Shown here: piece after piece, positions 6,839 to 14,810 of the stretch
Layout of the letters: each line of letters begins with the position of its first letter
How positions within the stretch are numbered: position 1 is the stretch's first letter
Assembly: GCA_049973735.1 (NCBI GenBank)
Contig: JBMFJL010000007.1
Location: 1-17,644 of the forward strand
Direction of reading: 5' to 3'
Source: Nanopusillaceae archaeon
Lineage (GTDB): Archaea > Nanobdellota > Nanobdellia > Nanobdellales > Nanobdellaceae
Length of the DNA: 17,644 nucleotides
Made by a program: the position numbers and the translations under genes
The notes under the pieces: model-generated
What the model was told of the DNA's origin: nothing
Database searches by the model: none
What the model saw: the letters and a program-made list of their open reading frames with translations, nothing else

Positions 6839-6869
6839 TTTTTTAATATTTCTATAAATTAAAATAAGA

Positions 6870-7403
6870 ATGAGACCATATATTGTAATAGAAAAAGTAG
6901 ATGTACCCGATAATGTTAAAGTATCAATAGAAAAAAATGTAATAAAAGTTGAGGGGCCAAAAGGTAAAAAAGAAAGAATGATTAACAATAGAAATATAAT
7001 AATAGAGAAAAAAGATAATCAAGTTATTTTTAAAGCTTATTTTCCATCTAAAAAAGTATTAAAAGATTTATATACAATGATAGCTCACTTAAAAAATGAT
7101 ATTCATGGTGTTGTAAATGGTTATAGGTATAAATTAAAGGCAGTTTATATACATTATCCAATAAAGCTAAAGCTTGATAAAAATAAGTTAGTTATAGAGA
7201 ATTTTATGGGTGGTAAAAATCCAATAGTAATAGAAATACCTGAAGGTGTGAAAGCATCAATAAATGAAAATGAGATAATATTAGAAGGATATGATTTAGA
7301 GAAGTTGGGAAATTTAGCAGGATTAATAGAAAATTCAGTAAGGTTGAGGGATAAGGATTTAAGAAAGTTTCAAGATGGAATATATATAGTTGAAAAACCA
7401 TGA
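6870..7403 (+). CDS. rpl6: 50S ribosomal protein L6 (uL6)
   Basis: VDVPDNVKVSIEKNVIKVEGPKGK...GYRYKLKAVYIHYPIKL...RDKDLRKFQDGIYIVEK is the two-domain L6 pattern. Confidence 0.9.
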   Translation: MRPYIVIEKVDVPDNVKVSIEKNVIKVEGPKGKKERMINNRNIIIEKKDNQVIFKAYFPSKKVLKDLYTMIAHLKNDIHGVVNGYRYKLKAVYIHYPIKLKLDKNKLVIENFMGGKNPIVIEIPEGVKASINENEIILEGYDLEKLGNLAGLIENSVRLRDKDLRKFQDGIYIVEKP

Positions 7404-7777
7404 AGGAAAAATTGTTGAAGCTAAGAAAGAAAATTAAAAGGAAAAAACCAGATTATTATAGACCGTATTGGTGGACTTCGATATCTCAAAGAAATAGTAA
7501 AGATTCCTGGAGGAGGCCAAAAGGAATACATAATAAGATGAGGCATAAATTAAAGGGAAAGCCAAAGATGGTTGAAGTAGGGTATGGTTCACCAAGAGAA
7601 GTAAAAGGATTATTGCCAAATGGAAAGATTCCAAGATTAGTTTATAATGTAGAAGATTTAATGAAAGTAGATAAAGAAAAGGAGGTTGCTATAATAGCAT
7701 CGACAGTTGGAAGAAGAAAAAGAGAACAAATAATAAATAAGGCAAAAGAATTGAATATTGAGATTTTTAATCAGTAA
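7400..7777 (+). CDS. rpl32e: 50S ribosomal protein L32e (eL32)
   Basis: WRRPKGIHNKMRHKLKGKPKMVEVGYGSPREVKGL is the L32e core. ATGA overlap with rpl6. Confidence 0.88.
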   Translation: MKEKLLKLRKKIKRKKPDYYRPYWWTSISQRNSKDSWRRPKGIHNKMRHKLKGKPKMVEVGYGSPREVKGLLPNGKIPRLVYNVEDLMKVDKEKEVAIIASTVGRRKREQIINKAKELNIEIFNQ

Positions 7778-8319
7778 TTATATAATTTAAAGTATTCGAT
7801 AATCCATTTTCTAATTTCTTCAGATTCATTATACAAATCTCTACCAGATAATTCTGTAAGTTTACTTTTACCAGTTGTTTTTTCTAAATTCTTCTTTAGA
7901 TTGGATAAAACCTTTGAAAAACCTAAAAATAACAAAATTTTTTCGGATTTTTTTGCTTTTTTTACATCAAAATCTTTAAATTCCTCTACTTTATGGAAAG
8001 ACTTTATACTAACAGAAATGTCTCCAATCAATGTATTTATATTGTATCCATTTACTACGATTCCTATTTCTAGTTTCCAATCTATTTTTGGTTCTTCCTT
8101 CCAGAAATTTTTATATAGTTCCCATTGAGCCTCAATATACAATGAATTATCAATTGCGGATAATTTATGAAAGTAGTATTTTTCGAATCTGTCTTTTTTA
8201 AATATACCTTCCCAGTTTTTTGACTTTAGTAGTTTTGCAAACTTCTCGTAAAAATCTTGTAATAAAAATCTAGTTTTGGTTCTTACAGATGTTTCATATA
8301 ATTTTTCCCAATCGCTCAT
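7771..8319 (-). CDS. Hypothetical protein (182 aa), downstream member of a tandem pair
   Basis: Soluble K/E/W/F-rich ORF with no motif I recognise. By eye it shows collinear weak similarity to the upstream 161-aa ORF (QxFY...SK, I.xxWxxxK, hShxI, KKNLxK). Its 3' end overlaps rpl32e convergently by 7 nt. Confidence 0.6.
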   Translation of the reverse strand: MSDWEKLYETSVRTKTRFLLQDFYEKFAKLLKSKNWEGIFKKDRFEKYYFHKLSAIDNSLYIEAQWELYKNFWKEEPKIDWKLEIGIVVNGYNINTLIGDISVSIKSFHKVEEFKDFDVKKAKKSEKILLFLGFSKVLSNLKKNLEKTTGKSKLTELSGRDLYNESEEIRKWIIEYFKLYNY

Positions 8320-8801
8320 AATCTAAATGAAGCAGTCAAGTCTTTTGCCAAATCCAAAAACCCGTCTCCTATTTTTGATAAATTTTTTTTGTGTTCTCCA
8401 ATTTCAGATCCAAAAATATAGCTTTCGAATAAACCCCTCAAAAATATATTAAATGGTTTATCTCCAAAATATTTTGCATAATCGGTTATTAGATCCCCAT
8501 TTATAGTTATTGATAAGTTTTCTGCATATTGTCTTCCACCTTCAAGTACTTTTAGATTATCTAAAGAAATTGATATATCATAGCTATAAGTTACATAATC
8601 TGTTACTTTTTTCTCAATATGCCATTCTAAACTAATAGATCTAGAACCATCTTCTTTAACTTTTTCATCATGTTTAGTTTCAAGAAAATCAAATCCTTTA
8701 GAGTCCCAATACTCTTTTAGAGATTTATAAAATTTTTGAAAATCAATTGGTCCTGAATATGAGAATTTCTTATTATCGATGATTCTATTTTTAGCTGGCA
8801 T
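8316..8801 (-). CDS. Hypothetical protein (161 aa), upstream member of a tandem pair
   Basis: ATG at 8799-8801 and an ATGA overlap with the 182-aa ORF. No TM segments and no recognisable catalytic motif. Confidence 0.6.
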   Translation of the reverse strand: MPAKNRIIDNKKFSYSGPIDFQKFYKSLKEYWDSKGFDFLETKHDEKVKEDGSRSISLEWHIEKKVTDYVTYSYDISISLDNLKVLEGGRQYAENLSITINGDLITDYAKYFGDKPFNIFLRGLFESYIFGSEIGEHKKNLSKIGDGFLDLAKDLTASFRL

Positions 8802-8880
8802 TTTAATATTTAAATATATTGAAAGTTATAACTTTTTACAACAATTTTTATAAAATTTATAAGATAATGATAAAAGTATT

Positions 8881-9267
8881 ATGAAGAAAATTGTTGATTT
8901 TTTATACAACATAAAGAGTAGGGAAAGAACTTTGATTATAGTAGAAGGAAGGAGGGATAAAGAAGCCTTGAATAAAATGGGTATAAAAAATGTTTATACA
9001 ATATATGAACTGAGGAAAATGGAAAATATATTTTTGGATTATAAAGAGGCAATAATCTTGACAGATAATGATAAAAAAGGAAATAAATTATATTTGTATG
9101 TAAAAAACATATTAGAATCAGAAGGATTAACTATTAATAATTATTATAGAAAGAAATTCTTTAATATATTTAAAGTAAAAGAAGTAGAGGATATAAATAA
9201 AAAGATAGATAGAATATTATTTTATGTTAATTATTTTGAGAATCCTGAGAAGATTTTAGAGATTTAA
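8881..9267 (+). CDS. Small Toprim-domain protein (RNase M5 / small primase-like, COG1658-type)
   Basis: LIIVEGRRDKEALNKMGI (conserved Toprim Glu) and ILTDNDKKGNKL (DxD acidic cluster) in a ~128-aa protein. Confidence 0.75.
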   Translation: MKKIVDFLYNIKSRERTLIIVEGRRDKEALNKMGIKNVYTIYELRKMENIFLDYKEAIILTDNDKKGNKLYLYVKNILESEGLTINNYYRKKFFNIFKVKEVEDINKKIDRILFYVNYFENPEKILEI

Positions 9268-10618
9268 ATTTTTTTATTGGATAAGACAATGGATTTTTGA
9301 TGAGTTTGCAAATTTCATCGGGTTTACAAACTCCAATTTCTTTATAATATATCTCATTATCACAATTTGGGGTTAAATATCTTTTATTATTTTTATACAA
9401 TTTTTTATGCCACTCTATTTGATATTCAATATACCTTTCTCTCAATGGTTCGCTTAATTTATCATTCCATTCCTTAATATATTTTTCTATTTTATCCCAG
9501 TCCCATCCAATGTTAGCTAAAAAATTAATTAGTATGAATACAGATCTTTTTCTCCCATCTTCTACTTCTCCACTAAGTATAGTTTTGATACATGGAGGGA
9601 ATAAAGATTCGTCTATATTAATTCTCTTTACTTTAATCTCTTCTATATCCTTTCTTATTTCTTTTTCGTTCTCTTCATTCTTATATTTCTCTGCTTTTTT
9701 TGCTATTTCTGTTATTTCTAAATCATTATTTGTTTTCCATAATAGTGCAGAATTTATTAATTTTTTAAGATCTTCAGATTCTTTTCTTTCTAAATCTTCA
9801 GTCAAAAAAGGTATACCTTCATATGAATAGTTTCCTATTTTAGAATACTCCTTGTCTATCTTTTCTATAAAATTTTCTTTTATCGGTATAGATAAACTAC
9901 CTGTTTTTTCATTTATCGAATACAATCCTCTAATTAAATGTCTCGTAGATATTAATATCGTATCTATTTCTATTATATCATAAGGATCAAAATTGCTAAT
10001 ATCTTTTACTCCAAATTCATTAAGTTGTTCTTCCGAAAATTTATACAATATTATTTTCTTTAAGGTATCTTTTATCTGAGATGAAATATACAAAGCTAAA
10101 ACTCTAGCTAAATCTGGAAATAATTTTCTAGTCTCTTCTTCTATGATATCTTCTTTTTTATATATATTAACCGTTTCAGGAAAAATTTCCCATGGTATGG
10201 CAATATGAAAACCCTTTCCACCAGAATATTTTATATAAATTGGTTTTATTGATTTTTCTTTTAAATAATTTACAATAATCTTTGCAGTAATCTTTGATAA
10301 TTCTAAATCTTTTGTATCAATATCTATTATAAAATCCCATCCAATTCTATAATTTTCAATCTCTTTTTTTGATGCTTTTTCTTTAAGTATATTCAGATCT
10401 AGCCATCTTTCTATAGATATATGATAAGATACTCCTCCTTTTCTAAATATGTTAAAAAAATCTTCTTCAGTTTCTATTTTATAAGGTCTTGAACCGAAAG
10501 AATTATTACTTAACATATATCCAATTTCTCTATTTTGTGAAATCTTTATTATATCTTCGACAATTTCCTTATTTTCTTTATAAAATTTCAGTAGACTTTG
10601 TGATATATTACTATTCAT
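9227..10618 (-). CDS. priS: Archaeo-eukaryotic DNA primase, single-chain fusion of the catalytic PriS module and a PriL C-terminal (Fe-S) domain-like module
   Basis: The N-terminal half carries AEP catalytic motifs DFIIDIDTKD (DxD) and SGGKGFHIAIPW. The C-terminal part carries the PriL-CTD hallmark FPPCIKTIL plus three further Cys (PNCDN...GVCKPDEIC), giving four candidate Fe-S ligands. Confidence 0.85.
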   Translation of the reverse strand: MNSNISQSLLKFYKENKEIVEDIIKISQNREIGYMLSNNSFGSRPYKIETEEDFFNIFRKGGVSYHISIERWLDLNILKEKASKKEIENYRIGWDFIIDIDTKDLELSKITAKIIVNYLKEKSIKPIYIKYSGGKGFHIAIPWEIFPETVNIYKKEDIIEEETRKLFPDLARVLALYISSQIKDTLKKIILYKFSEEQLNEFGVKDISNFDPYDIIEIDTILISTRHLIRGLYSINEKTGSLSIPIKENFIEKIDKEYSKIGNYSYEGIPFLTEDLERKESEDLKKLINSALLWKTNNDLEITEIAKKAEKYKNEENEKEIRKDIEEIKVKRINIDESLFPPCIKTILSGEVEDGRKRSVFILINFLANIGWDWDKIEKYIKEWNDKLSEPLRERYIEYQIEWHKKLYKNNKRYLTPNCDNEIYYKEIGVCKPDEICKLIKNPLSYPIKKFKSLKSSQDSQNN

Positions 10619-10696
10619 TATAAATATAGTATTAGGGCTAAGGTTATTAATAAATCTAAGTTAAATCTTTATAAGTATTTATATAACTAATAAATA

Positions 10697-11239
10697 ATGT
10701 TTTACGAAGTACAAATAACGGACGTTATAAGAATTCCTCCCGAAAAAATAAAAGAAAATGTTGAGGAAATGATAGAAGATGTACTGGTAAATGCATATAT
10801 AGGTAGCGCAGGAAAAGATTATGGAATAATTGTAACCATAAAATCTATTGATGAAATTTCTGAAGGTGTAATGATTTTTGAGGATGGGGGAATATATTAT
10901 AAAGTAAAATTTACAGCAATTTCTTACATACCATTAATTTCAGAAATAACTTATGGAATTGTATCTTCAATTGCAGATTTTGGCGCATTTGTTAATATAG
11001 GACCTGTTGATGGTCTAGTTCACATATCTCAAGTAATGGATGATGAAGTTTCAGTATCTGGTAAAGAAGCATTAATAGGAAAAAATACAAAAAGGGTATT
11101 GAAGTTAAATGATATTGTAAAGGCTAGAATTGTTAGCGTTAGTTATAAAGGAATAAGTACGAGGATATCATTAACAATGAAGCAACCAGGATTAGGAAAA
11201 TTGGAATGGCTAGAACAAAAACAAAAATCTAAGAAATAA
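10697..11239 (+). CDS. rpoE1: DNA-directed RNA polymerase subunit E' (Rpo7) with a C-terminal S1 domain
   Basis: MFYEVQITDVIRIPPEK...GEGVMIFEDGGIYYKVKFTAISYIP...GIVSSIADFGAFVNIGPVDGLVHISQVMDD is the Rpo7 pattern. Confidence 0.9.
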   Translation: MFYEVQITDVIRIPPEKIKENVEEMIEDVLVNAYIGSAGKDYGIIVTIKSIDEISEGVMIFEDGGIYYKVKFTAISYIPLISEITYGIVSSIADFGAFVNIGPVDGLVHISQVMDDEVSVSGKEALIGKNTKRVLKLNDIVKARIVSVSYKGISTRISLTMKQPGLGKLEWLEQKQKSKK

Positions 11240-11442
11240 TGGTATATAAAAAACCAAAAAGAAAAATTTGTAGAAATTGTAAGGCAATATTGGATAAAGA
11301 TGTAGATAAATGTCCTTATTGTGGATCTAGAGATTTTGCAGAAGACTTTTCGGGTTTTATATTGATGATTGATCCCGAAAAGTCAGAAATAGGTAAAAAA
11401 TTCAATATAAAAAGTGGCAAATGGGCTATAAAGGTATTCTAA
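11239..11442 (+). CDS. spt4: Transcription elongation factor Spt4 (RpoE'')
   Basis: Zinc ribbon CRNC...CPYCGS followed by FSGFILMIDPEKSEIGKKFNIKSGKWAIKV. Canonical position directly after rpoE'. Confidence 0.88.
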   Translation: MVYKKPKRKICRNCKAILDKDVDKCPYCGSRDFAEDFSGFILMIDPEKSEIGKKFNIKSGKWAIKVF

Positions 11443-11443
11443 T

Positions 11444-13156
11444 ATGGATCATATAAAGTTAGCAGAAAAGTGGGCATTATATAATAGAACAAAATATGAT
11501 AAAGTAGAGGTAAATTCTGTAATATCAAAAATAATATATGAGAAACCAGAAATAAAAAATAAAATAAAAGAAATAATAAATGATGTAAAAGAAATTGTAG
11601 AAAAAATAAATAAATTATCTAGAGAGGAGGCATATGAAATTTTAAGACAAAAATATCCAGAATTATTGGAAGAAAAGAAAAAGGAAGAAAAGAAAGGATT
11701 ACCTCCACTAAGAGATGCTGTAGATGGAAAAGTAGTTACTAGGTTTGCGCCAAATCCTTCTGGATATTTACACTTAGGGCATGCTAGAGCAATAATATTG
11801 AATTATGAATATGCAAAGATGTATCATGGTAAATTTATATTAAGGATTGAAGATACAGATCCAAAGGTTAAAAAACCAGATCCAAATGTATATGAAGCGA
11901 TAAAAGAAGATGTAGAATGGTTAATAGAGGATAAAGTTGATGATTTCTTTATTCAATCGGAGAGATTAGATATTTACTATAAGTATATTAGGGGATTAAT
12001 AGAGAAGGGATTTGCATATGTTGATTTATCACCACAAGAAAAGATTTCTGAATATAGGGCCAAGGGCATTCCGACAGAATATAGGGAAAAAGATCCATCT
12101 TGGCATTTAGAACAGTTTGAAAAAATGCTGGAAGGATATTATGATGAAGGTCAAGCAGTCATAAGGATAAAAACTGATTTGAATCATCCGAATCCTTCTG
12201 TGAGAGATTGGATTGCTTTTAGAGTAGTGAATCCAAAAAAGAATCCACATCCATATTTATTAAATAAGTATGGAGAAAATTATGTAGAAAAGTATTGGAT
12301 ATGGCCAACATATAATTTTTCTGTATCAATTGATGATCATTTGATGGGAGTTACTCATATATTGAGGATGAAAGAGCATGAGGTAAATTCTTTTAAACAA
12401 AAATATATTTATGATTATTTTAATTGGGAATATCCAGTAGTTATTAACTATGGTGCTTTATTAGTTAAAGATATGCCACTGCACAAATCAGAAATAAGAA
12501 AATTGATAGCGGAAGGAAAGATATCTGGATGGAACGATCCGTTTATTGCTACATTAAGAGGTCTAAAGAGAAGAGGAATAACTAATTATGCAATAAAGAA
12601 ATATATAATAGAAATAGGACCTAATCCTGTAGATGTGCTTGTAAATTGGGATAAAATATATACATATAATAGAGAAGTTTATGATAAAAAGGCAAAAAGG
12701 TTCTTCATAATAAGAGATCCAATAAAAGTTATAGTAGAAAATATGGAATTGCCAAAGAAAATAATAATTAAAAATCATCCAGAAGTTGATTTAGGAACTA
12801 GAGAATTTGTTATAAGATCAAACATATTTTATATAGATAAAAGTGATTTAGATAAGAGATATCTAAGATTTATGGAGGGATTTAATATAGAAATAATAAG
12901 AATTGAAAAAGATCATATAATCGCAAGATACATATCCGATAGATATGAAGATATAAAGAATTATGATTATAAAATAATTCAGTGGGTACCAGAGGAATAT
13001 AAAATAGAGATAGAAGTCTTGGAACCATTTAAAAAGATAAAAGTAATTGCAGAAAAATATGTTATGGATTTAACTAATGATGGAGAAGTGCTACATGGTG
13101 TAAGATATGGTTTCTTTAAGAGAGAAAATGATCATTTAATATTCATGCACAAATAA
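11444..13156 (+). CDS. gltX: Glutamyl-tRNA synthetase (archaeal type, presumably non-discriminating)
   Basis: RFAPNPSGYLHLGHARA (HIGH motif), ILRIEDTDP, WPTYNFSVSIDDHLMGVTHILR. The archaeal-type N-terminal ~95-aa region (LAEKWALYN...LSREEA) is present. Confidence 0.9.
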   Translation: MDHIKLAEKWALYNRTKYDKVEVNSVISKIIYEKPEIKNKIKEIINDVKEIVEKINKLSREEAYEILRQKYPELLEEKKKEEKKGLPPLRDAVDGKVVTRFAPNPSGYLHLGHARAIILNYEYAKMYHGKFILRIEDTDPKVKKPDPNVYEAIKEDVEWLIEDKVDDFFIQSERLDIYYKYIRGLIEKGFAYVDLSPQEKISEYRAKGIPTEYREKDPSWHLEQFEKMLEGYYDEGQAVIRIKTDLNHPNPSVRDWIAFRVVNPKKNPHPYLLNKYGENYVEKYWIWPTYNFSVSIDDHLMGVTHILRMKEHEVNSFKQKYIYDYFNWEYPVVINYGALLVKDMPLHKSEIRKLIAEGKISGWNDPFIATLRGLKRRGITNYAIKKYIIEIGPNPVDVLVNWDKIYTYNREVYDKKAKRFFIIRDPIKVIVENMELPKKIIIKNHPEVDLGTREFVIRSNIFYIDKSDLDKRYLRFMEGFNIEIIRIEKDHIIARYISDRYEDIKNYDYKIIQWVPEEYKIEIEVLEPFKKIKVIAEKYVMDLTNDGEVLHGVRYGFFKRENDHLIFMHK

Positions 13157-13188
13157 TTTTAAAATATTTATATAATATAATATCTAAG

Positions 13189-13548
13189 ATGAACAACTAC
13201 AATATGGAACTAGAAAGGAAGTATGAGGAATATGAGAGGTTAAGACATACATATTTACTACTAGAGGCACAAAAAACAGAATTACTAAATTTGTTAGATG
13301 AAATAGATAATGCTTTGAACGAATTAAGTAATCTAAAAGAAGGTAAAAAGGTATATATGTTAATAGGAAATATATTAATTGAAAAAGACAAAAATGAGGT
13401 AATAGAAAAACTAAAGGAAGAAAAAAATGTTTTTATGATAAAAGCAGAGAGTATAAAAAAGCAAATAGAGGTTTATAAAGAGAAGTTAAATAATTTGGCT
13501 AAGGAGTTGAGAGACATAGTAGATAAAACTAATATAGGTAAAAAGTAA
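13189..13548 (+). CDS. pfdB: Prefoldin beta subunit
   Basis: ~119-aa coiled coil - hairpin - coiled coil layout. The central part, ALNELSNLKEGKKVYMLIGNILIEKDKNEVIEKLKEE, is typical of prefoldin beta. Confidence 0.8.
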   Translation: MNNYNMELERKYEEYERLRHTYLLLEAQKTELLNLLDEIDNALNELSNLKEGKKVYMLIGNILIEKDKNEVIEKLKEEKNVFMIKAESIKKQIEVYKEKLNNLAKELRDIVDKTNIGKK

Positions 13549-13592
13549 CTTTTATTGATTATCAATATTATAAACATCCATATTAACTAAAC

Positions 13593-13600
13593 CTATAAAA
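13593..13600 (+). promoter_or_regulatory. TATA-like box (CTATAAAA, preceded by an A-rich BRE-like AAAC) for the SepF-like gene
   Basis: Its centre is ~27 nt upstream of the ATG at 13624, implying a leaderless or near-leaderless mRNA. It sits in one of the few real intergenic spacers (13549-13623). Confidence 0.45.
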
Positions 13601-13623
13601 ATAGTAGCGACGTATTATCTTAT

Positions 13624-14028
13624 ATGGTATCTTTAGGTGACATATTTAAAAGGAAGAAGAGCGAATCCGAAGATAAATATTTAGAAGTAGTACCAACTCA
13701 AAAGGAGGAGGAAGTAAATATATACGTAAGAATATTTAGATTGAAGGATTCTTCAGAAGTTAAGGCAGTAGTAGATTCATTAAGAGAGAGAAACTATATA
13801 GCAATAGTAGATATAAGTGCATTAAATGTTGGAAAGGATTTGATAGAGGTTAAAAAAGTTGTATCTAGGCTAAGAACAGTAATTGAAACAATAGGTGGAG
13901 ATATTGCAGCAATAGACGTTGGCGGAAATAAGTTGATAATTGCTACACCACCATATGTAAAGATCTGGAGAGGACATCAGATGTCTGCTGTAGAAGAAGT
14001 AAAGAAAGAGGGACCAACTAATCAATAG
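13624..14028 (+). CDS. sepF: SepF-like cell-division protein (DUF552 family)
   Basis: VRIFRLKDSSEVKAVVDSLRERNYIAIVDISAL...VSRLRTVIETIGGDIAAIDVGGNKLIIATPPYVKI matches the SepF core fold pattern (family recalled from memory). Confidence 0.7.
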   Translation: MVSLGDIFKRKKSESEDKYLEVVPTQKEEEVNIYVRIFRLKDSSEVKAVVDSLRERNYIAIVDISALNVGKDLIEVKKVVSRLRTVIETIGGDIAAIDVGGNKLIIATPPYVKIWRGHQMSAVEEVKKEGPTNQ

Positions 14029-14507
14029 ATTTTTGAATACCCTTTTTCATCCTCTATAATTATAGTTAAAGTTTTATTGTTTCTAAGTACCTCTTCTAAA
14101 TAATTTATTTTTTGATTTATTGCATCTATTTTCTCTTTTTCATCATACAAGTACTTAAAGGAAGATAAATTTTCTTTTATTCTATTTATTAAATCATCTA
14201 TCGGTATTATTTCGAATTTTGATTCTATCCCCGGATAAATTTCTAAATCTATTTCTTTTAATATAATTTTTGCATAGGGAGATTTTAATATCAATTTCCT
14301 AAGTTTTTCTTCACTATCAACTATTATATTTAATGTTGTAGGATCACCTTCTTTTATTGGTATAATCTCTGAAGTTTTGTAACCACAATCATTGCATTTG
14401 AAAACATACAATATAGATTCTCCGATAGATGGGAAATCATAATAGATTTCTTTCACTTCGATATTCTTTGAATTACAAATTGGACAGTAATCTGATAAGA
14501 TTATCAT
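14022..14507 (-). CDS. ZPR1-type C4 zinc-finger protein (COG1779-like)
   Basis: CPICNS...(x)...CNDCGYKTSEI, followed by the ZPR1 beta-domain pattern (LNIIVDSEEKLRKLILKSPYAKIILKEIDLEIYPG). Confidence 0.75.
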   Translation of the reverse strand: MIILSDYCPICNSKNIEVKEIYYDFPSIGESILYVFKCNDCGYKTSEIIPIKEGDPTTLNIIVDSEEKLRKLILKSPYAKIILKEIDLEIYPGIESKFEIIPIDDLINRIKENLSSFKYLYDEKEKIDAINQKINYLEEVLRNNKTLTIIIEDEKGYSKIY

Positions 14508-14673
14508 TTATTCTAATTAATCTATATATTAAATTTATTTGAGCCCTCGATTTTGAAACATCTCTTCTATCAACAATAATTCTATTTCCTTCTATTTTTA
14601 TTTTTTCATCTTTTTCTAAAAATCTTATAGAATCTATAAAATCATCATCCAAACCTTCAATTATTACTCTCAT
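14473..14673 (-). CDS. Small protein, possibly a minimal KEOPS subunit Pcc1
   Basis: IKIEGNRIIVDRRDVSKSRAQINLIYRLIRI resembles the Pcc1 C-terminal strand-helix (EGN.L...A.D...LRA..NS.LR.I). The position after rpoP fits the archaeal exosome-superoperon neighbourhood. The call is weak and motif-level only. Confidence 0.4.
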   Translation of the reverse strand: MRVIIEGLDDDFIDSIRFLEKDEKIKIEGNRIIVDRRDVSKSRAQINLIYRLIRINDNLIRLLSNL

Positions 14674-14810
14674 ATCGCTTTTACTTTCTTTACGGTATTT
14701 GGTCTAAGTTTTATTAAAATTTTAGATCCACAATATGGACATTTAACCTTTTTTAGTGCAGTATCATGATCTAAAACTCTCTTACAATTCATACACATGT
14801 ATTTTGTCAT
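14670..14810 (-). CDS. rpoP: DNA-directed RNA polymerase subunit P (Rpo12)
   Basis: MTKYMCMNCKRVLD...VKCPYCGSKILIKLRP is the Rpo12 zinc ribbon. The ATG at 14808-14810 forms an ATGA overlap with the L37ae stop. The longer ORF-track version (to 14864) overlaps L37ae and is rejected. Confidence 0.85.
   Translation of the reverse strand: MTKYMCMNCKRVLDHDTALKKVKCPYCGSKILIKLRPNTVKKVKAI

Noticed and set aside
7771-8801. The tandem unknown pair as a toxin-antitoxin or defence cassette
   Set aside because: Both proteins are larger than typical type II TA components. Neither shows a nuclease, PIN, HEPN, RHH or HTH motif that I can recognise. Their apparent mutual similarity argues against a toxin/antitoxin division of labour. 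They are kept as unknown paralogues instead.
8881-10618. The Toprim protein plus primase as the replication module of an integrated plasmid or virus
   Set aside because: They are flanked directly by core genes (r-proteins, rpoE'/spt4/gltX). There is no integrase, att-like repeat or compositional shift. The primase looks like the cell's only PriS/PriL equivalent.
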